DNA of 64,000 bases from Podarcis muralis (Eukaryota). Position numbers and translations under genes: made by a program. The notes beneath the pieces were generated by a model. The model was given only the letters and a program-made list of their open reading frames with translations, had not been told where the DNA came from and did no database searches. Within the stretch, counting starts at the first letter, position 1; each line of letters opens with the position of its first letter. Positions 48,773 through 61,316 of this stretch are shown here, piece by piece. The stretch spans positions 1,116,001 to 1,180,000 of the forward strand of contig NC_135671.1 of the NCBI RefSeq assembly GCF_964188315.1, read 5' to 3'.

Positions 48773-50686
48773 GTCAAACAAGTAGTCCATGTTAATTTTT
48801 CCCAGCCATGATGGGCAAGGGTCAAAGGAGTATGTGTTTTGCACACTCCCTGCAAGTGGTTTAACCACATTCTCAGGCCACAATAACTGAAATGGATTCC
48901 ATAAATCGGGGGCGGCTGACCCAGAGGCCGTATCCGGCCTCCTAAGCAATTTGTAGTGGCGCAAGGCGTGCAACTTGATTTCATTTTTTTAAAAGCAAGA
49001 AACTGACCAGCAGGTGGCACTGTTGAGCCATACCATCACGCTGGCGGGAGCCCCTAATTTTCATGTTTTCAGTTGAATGGCATGGCACATCGACAGCATT
49101 AAAAAGAAATATTCTCCTCATGTCCCTGTCCTTATTCTCCCCATCCCCACTGACAAGTACTTATTAATTTGCAGAGTACCATGTACAACCAGATACCCAG
49201 ATTCAGCCAGATAATTCTGCTCATTATTGCTAGCCCTTCACAAGCAATTTTGGCAGGTGTTTCCTAGCTTAGGCTTATTGTGATGTAAATTCATTTTGCG
49301 CTTTTCCCCACCCTCAACTCTCTTATAATGCAGTCTGAGTTATACTGCCACAAGCATGGAGGCTCTCTCTGTGTGATAATTTTGCAGAGAATAGATATTT
49401 GGATTGGTTGCCTCTATGTGCAGCGCATTCTCTCCCTCTCACTCCCTTCACTTGTAGTTTGAGCTACAGAGCGGTTTACTTGCAGGTTCATTTTGACGAA
49501 AAACTGAATAGGTGCACCTGTAGCTGAAAGGTCTCCCACGTCATGCATGCACACACATACAAAATGTTTAGAACGCTTTTTAAAACAACCTCCTTTTAAT
49601 TCTTTGTTTCTGTCCAATAAAGCAGGAACTATTCTAAGTGACTGTGCATATGTTCAGTGTGCGCTGTGGCAAAGCCCTCGGTCTTCTTCATGTCACCTGC
49701 TGTCGTCTGGCTTGAGAAGAGCATCAGTCCCTCTCCCAGGTGACACACACTCTCTTCCTTGACAAATGCATTGCACGTGGGAAGGCCCGAATGCCACATC
49801 TGCCACAGGATAACAAACGGACTTGCAGCCAGCCTCCCCCTACCTAACGCCCTCCAGAAATTTTGGACGACAACTTCCATTAGTTCCAGCCAGCCTTTGC
49901 AGCTCAAAGCATTTGTAGGTAGGCAGCGGCGGAGCAAGCCAATCGGGTGCCTGGGGTGGTGTGCGTGCCCTGTGCCCAGGGGCGGGGCCAGCCGGGGCAG
50001 GATGCTCCACAGGGCGTCCGAGGAGTCTGCCTGCCTCCTTCCACTCACCTGCCCTACAGCTGAGGGAGAGGCGACAGGCGGACTGTTTTGGGGCAACGCA
50101 GAGCCTGCAGGCACCCAAGCCACCGCGTCACTGCCAGGAGAGAAGCATAGCTTGGGCGTGCTGCAGGCCCTGCGGTGAGTATTGCCCACCATTTTGTCAC
50201 CCCCCTCAGTGGTGACCTCCCCCCCCCCCAGGTAGGGCAACCAGGTTGGGAAAATCTGATGGAGATCAAACCCCTTTAAGCTCATAGGGCCAGCAGATTA
50301 ACACCAGAAGACAAAGCCACCAATCAGCTATGCCCTTTTGGGCGTTCCTGGTCATCCACACAGGCTACCTTCACCTGGTTTAGCCGGCCAGTTGAAGCCG
50401 TTTCCTGGGTAACTATCAATTCTTCATCTACTACTAAAGTTACAGTTCTATGAACAGTTGTACGGGTCACCCATTGAAGTCAGTCGGACTTCAGCTTACA
50501 ATAAAATGCGCACAATATCACGATGCACACCTCTTCCGTTACAGCAAGGCTTCCTAACACCCAGCTTCATTTTCTCCTTCATCTTTCCATGGTGAACTGA
50601 AATGATGCCATTTCTTTTCTTGATTATTCTTCAGAAGGTACCATTTCGCAGAGTCTGCCTTCTGCACATTATGAAAAGGCACCTTT

Positions 50687-50891
50687 TTAGAACACGGTGT
50701 AATCTGTGGCGAGATCTCTCAAGTCAATCCCGGCTACAGCGGCATAGAGCTCAGGCACCATCAGCTCCGGAATTTGCAGAACAGCCTGGTCGTTGCTGGT
50801 CTTGATTCCTGTTTGCAGCCTCCTGATCAGCTCAGTGGGCGAAGGGCGATCTGTCGGAGTCCAGCGCCAGCAGGCCACCATAATGCTATAC
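50687..50891 (-). CDS. STYK1: STYK1 last coding exon
   Basis: acag|G+YSIMVACWRWTPTDRPSPTELIRRL...PELYAAVAGIDLRDLATDYTVF-stop. Confidence 0.93.
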
Positions 50892-53800
50892 CTGTCAAAG
50901 AAAGCGTAGTGGTTCATCTCACGGATTTGACCTGTGCATCTCTCTTTATGCATCTTGCAGAATGAGGTGGCAGGGTGAGCAGACAGTTTCTGGTCTGTAA
51001 CATTTTGGATTGTAAGTAGAGGGTTGCATATTTTATAGCAGTCATAGCTGGTGGCGCTGTGGTCTAAACCACTGAGCCTCTTGGGCTTGCTGATCAGAAA
51101 GTCGGCGGTTCGAATCCCCACGACGGGGTGTGCTCCCGTTGCTCTGTCCCAGCTCCTGCCAACCTAGAAGTTTGAAAGCACACCAGTGCAAGTAGATAAA
51201 TAGGTGAAAGTAAACGGTGTTCCCGTGTGCTCTGGTTCACCGTCATGGTGTTGCATTGTGCCAGAAGAGGTTTAGTCATGCTGGCCACATGACCTGGAAA
51301 GCTGCTGGCTCCCTCAGCCTGAAAGCGAGATGAGTGCTGCAACCCCATAGTTGCCTTTGACTGGACTTAACCGTCCAGGGATCCTTTACCCTTTTTTACC
51401 TATTTTATAGCAGTGGGTAAACCTTAGTCTTGGATGGAGGGGAGGTTGTAGTCTCTGCCTGCCCCTCCAAAATGAAGGTATCTCATTAAAGGGACCTGGG
51501 AGGAATTGCTCCTGTCCATATGCCCAGGTGGGCCACAGCACCCCTCAAAGCGGAGATCCCCGCAGGGGTCTCCCTATTGATGTGGGTCATAGGACTCCCC
51601 TGCTGCTGGGCTGACCCCGATTCACTTCCGATTCACACATTGGAAGCCAATGGTTGTGCTCAATGCCTATGACAAACCTCTTACACCTGTAAACAGCTGT
51701 GGCCTTATTTGACCCAATTAAACTCTGTTGTGTCTATTCTTCCTAGCCAGTCGAGGGGCGCTAAAGGTAAAGGGACCCCTGACCATTAGGTCCAGACGTG
51801 GCCGACTCTGGGGTTGTGGCGCTCATCTCGCTTTATTGGCTGAGGGAGCTTCCGGGTCATGTGGCCAACATGACTAAGCCGCTTCTGGCGAACCAGAGCA
51901 GCGCACGGAAACGCCGTTTACCTTCCCGCCGGAGCGGGACCTATTTATCTACTTGCACTTTGTGCTTTCGAACTGCTAGGTTGGCAGGAGCAGGGACCGA
52001 GCAACGGGAGCTCACCCCGTCATGGGGATTTGAACCGTCGACCTTCTGATCGGCAAGTCCTAGGCTCTGTGGTTTAACCCACAGTGCCACCTGCGTCCCT
52101 CAAGGGGTGGTAAGGGCGCCTGAATATGCAATGCTATCCCTGTCAAAGAAAGGGCAGTGGTTCATCTCACAGTGCAATGCATATTTAGGCATCTTGCATC
52201 ACAAGGTGGCAGAGTGAAATGGCAGATTCTGGTCTGTACCGTTTTGGATTGTAGGTGGATAGCTACATATTTTCTAAACTCCCAAGGTTATATCACAATT
52301 GTGTCCCTCCAGTCATGGAAAGTTTTTTTTTAATTTAGGGGACCCTTTGCAATACCATGAAAACCACCTCCCCTTTCTGGTCTTGGATGCCTCCTGTGGA
52401 ACAAAGGGCCTTTTGTGAGCCAAGGGACACACCTAGAGACAGCCCCCTATGTCAAGAAATCTAGCGTATATGCTAGTTTGCCACGTATAGAAAGAAATAA
52501 CAAAGGATCTTACAGCACCTTAAAGACTAACAAATGTATTATGGGATAAGCTTTTATTGACTAGAATCCATTTCATGCAGGGAGTTTTCGATGTGAGGAA
52601 ATATTCAAAATGATCTTGCACTCCATCCTGAAGTGCATAATACGTTCTTCTACTCCATCTCATTCTGTATACTGTGTAGCTTGGCTCCCCTGGGAGCCTT
52701 CTGTAACAAACTGTGACATGTTTATAATAAAATATAGAGTAAGGAACATAGGCACTTGCAGGCAGAAAACCATGCATAAAGTGCTCTAGACAATTGCTTT
52801 TGCCTCATGTTTACTGTTGTTTTGCCTCACGAAATTAGTTTTCAGGAAGCCTTTTATTTGAGAGGTATATGACCCAAAGTAACAGGCAGAATGTAGACTT
52901 CAGGGCCAAATCACGCAGCCCATTATTCATTTCCCCCTTTTTTTAAAAAAGGTGTGCTTAAACTAACTACATTTATTTTAAGGGGGGCAGTTCAGAGCCT
53001 TGCACCTATTTCCTGCCCCCCCAAACCCAAAGGAGCTATTTTTTGGGTGTGGGGTGGGTGGGACCCTACCTCTGACTAGGGCAAATAGCCACGGAGGAGA
53101 AGATATTTAGCAAGAAACTGGTGTGGTCCTCTAATCTGGATTGGGAGCATGTTCTGGATCAGTTGTGGGGAACTTTTGGCCTTCTGGATGTTGCTGAAAT
53201 ACAACTCCCATCAGCCACAGCAAGCAGGGTCAGGGATGATGGATGCTGGAGTTCAGCAACTTTTGGAAGGCCAAAGGTCCCCCCCCCCATCTCTTCTAGA
53301 CTGTGGGCCCAAGCCTGCTCTCACTTCAAAATATGAGCGGCTAGTTTCAGGAACGCAATTTTTAAAACGGCAAATGTTTGACCTTACACTCATAGGGCAA
53401 AATACTGTGAGAATTTGTTTTATATCATAAATATGCAGAAATTTCTTTAAATCAAATTTACTGGAACATCTCTGTGTTCACTCACATGCTTCAGCAGATG
53501 GGTGATTTAGTAGCACCCAATCTCTGCTCTTCTGCATTAAGACAGAAGTTGAGTGGCAACTTGACTTCCAGACTTCAGACTAGGTGAGAAGTCCCTCTTT
53601 CCTCAGCCCCAAGCGTGCGAGCGCGGCATATACCGTATTTTTTGCTCTATAAGACACACCAGACCACAAGACGCACCTAGTTTTTGGAGGAGGAAAACAA
53701 GAAAAATAAATTCTGAATCTCAGAAGCCAGAACAGCAAGAGGGATCGCTGCGCAGTGAAAGCAGCAATCCCTGTTGCTGTTCTGGCTTCTGGGATAGCTG

Positions 53801-54314
53801 CGCAGCCTGCATTCGCTCCATAAGACACACACACATTTCCCCTTACTTTTTAGGAGGGAAAAAGTGAGTCTTATAGAGCAAAAAATACGGTAGATTACTG
53901 TGTGTGGGGAAAGGGATCAGCATTCTATTCCCCCTCACTACACTTATCAAGACTGCCCCCCTTCTAGAATTTTTTGGGGGGCGGGTATCAAAGCAAAGAT
54001 ATTTGGCAATGGAGGGGTTAAACCGAGGAGAGGAAAACAGCTCACAATAGTGGCCGCATCTGCTTTTGGCGCCCACCCACACTTCTGCTTGTCCCCACGC
54101 CTAGAAAGCACAGCTCTGAGCACTTGTCTGCTTGCCCCACACCTTCTAGGAATGGGTCTGAGCAGTTTTGCCCTTGCTCTGTCGCTGTCCCCTGGAAAAC
54201 CCGCTCTTTAGCGATAAATCGGCACAAACGCCAATCTGGAGAAAACCCTATTGATGTTTGCTCTGATTCAGCAGTAAAGATTGAGTTTCCTTGGGGGGAA
54301 GCAGCAGGGCAAAT

Positions 54315-54354
<40 letters not shown>

Positions 54355-57300
54355 GGGTGAGCCCTATAGTGATGAAAGTACCGTATTTTTTGCTCTATAG
54401 GACTCACTTTTTCCCTCCTAAAAAGTAAGGGGAAATGTGTGTGCGTCTTATGGAGCGAATGCAGGCTGCGCAGCTATCCCAGAAGCCAGAACAGCAAGAG
54501 GGATTGCTGCTTTCGCTGCGCAGCGATCCCTCTTGCTGTTCTGGCTTCTGAGATTCAGAATATTTTTTTCTTGTTTTCCTCCTCCAAAAACTAGGTGCGT
54601 CTTGTGGTCTGGTGCGTCTTATAGAGCGAAAAATACGGTAAGTCCCACTCCATTCATTGGGGCTTCTCCTCATGCAACTCAGCGGGATTTACTTCCAGGT
54701 GAGCCTTCATAGGCTTGGTCTGTTTCCTGGCATGTGGAGCTAAGGGATGCAACCCTCCTGATTTAGTCACATGTAAACCACTGCTGTATCCTTTTGTTCA
54801 CAAAGGAGCCACGAAGTCGCCGGCAGGCTTGTCTTGGGATGGGGGCCTGAAGGTTCAACATTTTGCAAATGCTGGCTCAGCTGCAAAGGTGCTTCTTGCA
54901 GATAGCAGGAAGGAAACAGAATGATGTGTGGTGGGTCGATCCTTTAGGAAACGAGGTAATAATTTAGAATAAAAGGCACAGCCCGCATTATAAGATGGGG
55001 TGCGGAGCAATCTTACATGGCTGGCTGACAGCTGGAAGGCCTCTTCATAGTGTGCTGCCTCTGAAGGTGTTGCAAGATATCAGACGGGGGAACCTCTGGA
55101 AAGGGTGGCGCTCCTGGGTGGCAAAACAAAATGAAAACCCACGAGAGTTTTTACACTAATTAAAACATTCATTTAAATCCAGATGAGACATGAGATGGGC
55201 TCTCTTATGTGTTTTTTGTTTTTGCTGGAAGCAGCTAAGACAAAATGCAAATCGAAGTAAGGTTTCATGTGGGTGTTTTAATCTGACCATCCTTGACACA
55301 GAATCATACGGTTGGAAGGGGCCATGAGGGCCATCTAGTCCAACCCCCGCAATGCAGTAATCTTTTGCCCAAAGTGACCTCATGACCCTGAGGTGAAGAG
55401 CATCATGCTCTGCCAACCGAGCTATCCACTTCCAAAGCCTGCTTAAACTAAAAACTCAATTGCAGCTTTGACCAGAGGATCTCCCACTCTAGCACAATTA
55501 CTCAAACACATTTTTTAAGTAGACATGATTAGGATTGCAGCCTCTTTTCAGGATTGCTTTCCTCAACTTACCTAATGTTTCCCCCCCCCTGTTTTATTAA
55601 ATTTGCTTAGTAACATAACATTATTATATATATTCTATAAAACAAAGAATACAGAACAAAATTTATTCATACTACAATGCCTAACTACATAACATTAATA
55701 TATATGGTTTCTGAAAAAAGGCTTACATAACAAAATCAATTCAAAATACCTTCCGATTTACTTTCCCCCCTTTCCCCCCCTTCCCACTCCAGCCCTCCCC
55801 CCCCCCGCCCCCCAGTCAGGCCTTCCTTCTTCATATCTTTATCCATGTACACAGTCTGTTCATTCGAGCTTGTATGTTAGGGTTGGCTTCCCCTCTTTCT
55901 ATCCAGTTCCTGTAAAATGCCCATTTATTTGTGATTCTTTGGCATTTATTCTCTACTTACCTAATGTGATCATCTCATATAGTAAGATTCCAAAGGACCA
56001 TCTGCCATAAAACAAAATGACAAAAGCAAAAGAGAAAAACAAAAAGGGTTAACAGAAGCAGTCGCTTCATACCTTCCACTGAGAGCTGCAGGGAAAGTAC
56101 CTTAAGGTTAGTCTGGACCCTAAGAAATTCAAGGAGCCAGCAACTTCAACAAGCACCGGGGGAGTCCTGATGGGTGTACATTGGAAAAGTTCAACCCTTT
56201 GCAAGCTAGGAGGAGCTGTTGCTGAACCACAGCGATAGTCAGTGTGAGACCCTGGCATCCTGAGTGATGAGGACCTGATGATATGGGTAAGGAAAATATC
56301 ATACCTAATAAAATCCTAAAGAGAACAACAGCAGCAGCACAGAGGATGTGGCATCATAACATTATTGGATTGTTTTGCTGGAGTGTGTCAAAGTGACTCG
56401 TGTCAAGTCGCACCACCGTAAGTGATGGGAAAGGTTTAAAAACTCTATTCCAGTCATTGATCAATGTAAGAGGACATTCGGAATTTCATTCGTTCAATCA
56501 TTCGTACTCTTATTCGTTCACTCAAACACCTTCTCACCTTCACACACACTCACTTTTGGCTGAAGATAACACCATCCTTAAACTATGGCACTGGTTGGAT
56601 AATGGAACTTTATTCCAAAATGCTAGGAAGTTTATGAAGCCATTTTGGAAACTAGGTGAACAGAAACAAGCCAAATGTTCAATTCAATTAGCATAGGAAG
56701 AACCAAGGATTCTTATTCTAATTAATCTGATTGATTGCCTTCTCAGTACACTCGTAATATTAAGCTTATGCCATTTTCAATCTGTGTTACATTAGTGTAC
56801 TGCATTTTCCTTTATGTTACTATGTCTTTCTTCAAAGTTCATGATATTAATTTAATTATGAAGAAAATATTATTCTCTGAAGGAAGCAATGTGTATCAAT
56901 AAAACAACTGATTTGTTTCAGCCTTGAGTCTTCGGAGGGGTGGCTGTGTAGCAAAAAGAACTGACCAAACTTACACCCAACAGTGCAGTTGAGTAACCCA
57001 ATATTATTGTTTGGGCTGAAGCAGTCAAATTACCAGCTGGAAATACGCCTACATCTGTTGAAAAACAGGCAGGCGTACTCTGGCAGGCCTTTGACCAGCA
57101 AGCCTAGCTTATGAGATAACTGAATGGACCCGTACATGTCTGACTTGATGTTGGGTGGTTTCTTCATAAGTCGCTCTGGAGCCTGCCACTTGAGTGGAAC
57201 GGTTTGTGCGATGGAGCTGGGACCGCAGGTGTGGCCTCTGTACGCCAGTCCCAGTCTGCAGAGCTTCACAGTAAATGCATTGCCAATTAGGACATTCCTG

Positions 57301-60300
57301 GCTGCCACATCACCATGAAATAGTTTCTTCCCCTGAAGAAAATCCTGGAAAATTTAGAAATGATATGTTGTCAGCTGCTACACTGAGAGCACCTCTCCCT
57401 GTTTTAACATGAAGTATGCATCAACACTTACATCTAGATTTGGCAAGTCCTATCAGATAACCGGGTGAAAACAGAAAAAGTTTTAGGGACGCGGGTGGCA
57501 CTGTGGGTAAAACCTCAGTGCCTAGGACTTGCCGATCGTATGGTCGGCGGTTCGAATCCCCACGGCGGGGTGAGCTCCCATCATTCAGTCCCAGCTCCTG
57601 CCCACCTAGCAGTTCGAAAGCACCCTTAAGTGCAAGTAGATAAATAGGTACCGCTTTATAGCGGGAAGGTAAACGGTGTTTCCATGTGCCGCACTGGTGC
57701 GGGCTCACCAGAGCAGCTTCGTCACGCTGGCCATGTGACCCGGAAGTGTCTCCAGACAGCGCTGGCCCCCGGCCTCTTAAGCGAGATGGGCGTGCAACCC
57801 CAGAGTCGGACACGACTGGCCCGTACGGGCAGGGGTACCTTTACCTTTACCTTTTATCAGATATTCAGCACACACAATCAAATTAGGTTTTAGAACAGGA
57901 AATCAGTTATCTTGGGGTGGGGAGAAGGTTTGGTTAGTATTTTCCTAGTTTCGTATAGTATTTATCTCTTGCAAGGCTGTGTTTTCCTAGCTGTAGGCAT
58001 GAAATTGTTTCATACAGTATTTATCCTTTGCAATGCAGCAGCACCCGGAGGTTTTCTTCCAGTTGTGTTAGGAATATAGGAATCTCCTTGGACCAATGGT
58101 CTATCTGCTCAGCACTGTCTCCTTGCTGTCAGTGACTCTTCAGGAGACAGGGATGTGTCTTGCTCAGCCCTTCCCAGACATGCCAGGTATTGAACCTAGA
58201 AACTTTGCACGCAGATCATGTGCTCTGTCACAAAGCTGCAGCCTCCCCTAGCATTGTTACATCGGCAAGCGTGGGTCCAAGCTTCAAAGACTTTAGTAGA
58301 CATTTTTTTTATTAAGTTTATAATTTTCATTTATTACAAATAAACATTTCAACAACAAAAATAAACAATTCTCACATATCAAACCTTGACTTCCCTTCCC
58401 CTCTTCCAGCAGTTCCATGAATGTACCCTCTTTTTCTTTTCTTCTGCATATCCCAATTAACTATTTATTCTTTTCCTCATCTATTTCATATATGTTTTAG
58501 AAACTGCAAGTCTTTACAATAATACTGCTAATGTCTTAATTTGTTTACAATTTATTTGCAAATATTCAATAAACGATTTCCATTCCTTAATAAAAAGTTT
58601 GTCGTCTTGATTTCTTATTCTTCCGGTAAGTTTAGCCAATGCATAGTCCATTTAGTAGACGTTTTATGTCTCTTGTGAACCAAACAAATTACCCTAGAGT
58701 GGGTGTTACTCTCATGCTCTGAAGGAAGCCAGTTGTGGGTGGGGCTGGGCTTAATTAATAAACTTACCAGAGCTGATGCAATTTGTTGTCCAATTTTATA
58801 GACCTGTTTCTCTGTAAGATCAAGCGGCAATCCGTCCATGGTCACTACATCCTAGCAAGACAGAAACAGGTGGTTTGATATACACTCGCTGCTTCCCCAG
58901 GTAGTGAGATGGGAGGGACAATGCTGCCAGATTGTTTCCTTTGGAAAAGGGGCAGTAGTGTCTTTCACGTTAGAAGGCACCTGGAGGGAAGTGCTCAGAC
59001 AGGCCTGAGAGAGCAGCTGGGAAGATGGCTGACCCTAAACTGGAGATGGACTAGGAGGTCACTCAGGGAAATGGGAGTGATGGTCTTGCATAGGCAGCCC
59101 TGTGTCTCCACTGGTAGCCACACATGAACAGGAGTGCACCTGGAAACAGACGGGTGTCTAAAGTTCTAAGTACAACCTACAACAGGGGTCAGCAAGGTTT
59201 ACCTCGCCTGAGCCGGTTCACTCCAGCGGAGATCCCTCCGTGGGCCGGATTGTGCGTGAGTGTGCCCACCCGTGATTTCTGGCATCTGCGCAGACGCAAT
59301 TTCCAATGTCTGCGCATGCACAGATGCGATTTTCAGCGCCGCAGAAGCGAGTCCCTGCACTGTGCTGGTTTATCGCAGCGCGCGGGGACTCGCCAATCGG
59401 GTGGCTTGGTTTGGGGGCGGCTCGTGGGCCAGTTAAACGACCCTCGGCCCATGGGCCTTAGGTTGCCTACCCCTGACCTACAACTCCAAACTGTTTCTGT
59501 ACTCCTCCTCCTTAATCAGAAAGTGTCACACTCCCCAAATTGCTATAGTTATTGCACCCCCAGCTATAACATTCCCAGATCCTCAGCAAAATTGTAGCTT
59601 TAAAATATACATTTTTTTGCACACATCCACTCCAGGTATTGGTTGCATAGATTTTAGCTCAATTGTTTACTGTACTACTGCATATCTATTCCCACGGTCC
59701 TTATAGTTAGGACACAGTTACTTATTATTGTTAGTTGCATCACAGTTTCTGAACGGTGAGAACTTTGAGGGTTCCAGAATGTACCATGGGGTGCTTTCCT
59801 TGGACTGAATATAACTGTGATGCCACACTTACTTACATATCTATAGAGGCTAAGCTCAGGATAAAAAGTTCACAGCATTAGATCTCCAGTGGATCCTGTT
59901 CTCCCATTAAGGTTCCTCAAGTACTCACAGAGAGCAAGTCAAATCTCCTGTGTGTTTCATAGAAGAAAGACATGCCCACTTCCAGAAGAATCTCTGGTCA
60001 TGAACTCCTATGGCAACAATTCACCTGTACAGTGGTGCCTCGCAAGACGAAATTAATCCGTTCCGCGAGTCTCTTCGTCTTGCGGTTTTTTCGTCTTGCG
60101 AAGCACGGCTTTTAGCGGCTATTAGCGGCTTAGCGGCTATTAACGGCTTAGCGGCTTTAAGAAAAAGGAAACAAACTCGCAAGAACTCGCAAGACGTTTT
60201 GTCTTGCGAAGCAAGCCCATAGGGAAATTTGTCTTGCGGAACGACTCAAAAAACGGAAAACCCTTTCGTCTAGCGAGTTTTTCGTCTTGTGAGGCATTCG

Positions 60301-61089
60301 TCTTGCGGGGCACCACTGTACTTACTCTATTACAATATATTGGAGACCGATCAGAACTAGCTAGGCACAGCCTTTCTTAAGACTTACCCTGCGGCAGGTC
60401 CAAAGGAAGTTCAGAAGATTGCCGTTGGAAGCATCCTCCAATATCATGTAAAGAGGCATCTGGTGCACACAACACCCTATTAACTTAACGATGTTTTCGT
60501 GATTACCAAGAAACTGATAAAACTTAATCCTTTCCATAAAATCTTTAATCTCATAGGAGCTGGCAGACTCTGAAAGGGAAGTTAAAAATGAGTGAGAGAA
60601 GCTGGTATGACTCTCTTAATCAGGGGTCAGCAAACCTTTTCAGCAGGGGGCCAGTCCACTGTCCCTCAAATCTTGGGGGGCGGGTGGCGGACTATATTTT
60701 GGGGGAAAAATAAAATGTATGAATTCCTATGCCCCACAAATAACCCAGAGATGCATTTTAAATAAAAGGATACATTCTGATCAAAAACAAGCTGATTCCC
60801 AGACCATCCGCGGGCTGGATTTAGAAGGCAATTGGGCTGGATCCGGCCCCTGGACCTTAGTTTGCCTACCCATGATTCTCCTTTGGGAAGGTAAGAAGGA
60901 AGAAAGGAAGGCCTACTCTGGTTCAGAGAGGCCCCAGAATGTTCTGATGTTCTGCCAGAATTGAGTTGTTTTAGCAGATGTTAACACCTAAAATCTCTCA
61001 GGCATTTTGACCAGAGCAGCGCTATTACCTTAAGCTCCACCGAGAAGCAGAAAACAGATGGATTCTCATTTTCTTCTTGCTTCTAAATT

Positions 61090-61138
<49 letters not shown>

Positions 61139-61267
61139 CCCTAGCTAGGTCTCATACACAAAAGAGTAAGAACCATTTTTGTGCTAGAACTGAAGAGAAA
61201 ACTCTTCAGAGGCTCTAGCACTGGTCTCTGAGCCTGGATGGAAAAGAAAACGGCTTGCAACCGCAAG

Positions 61268-61316
<49 letters not shown>

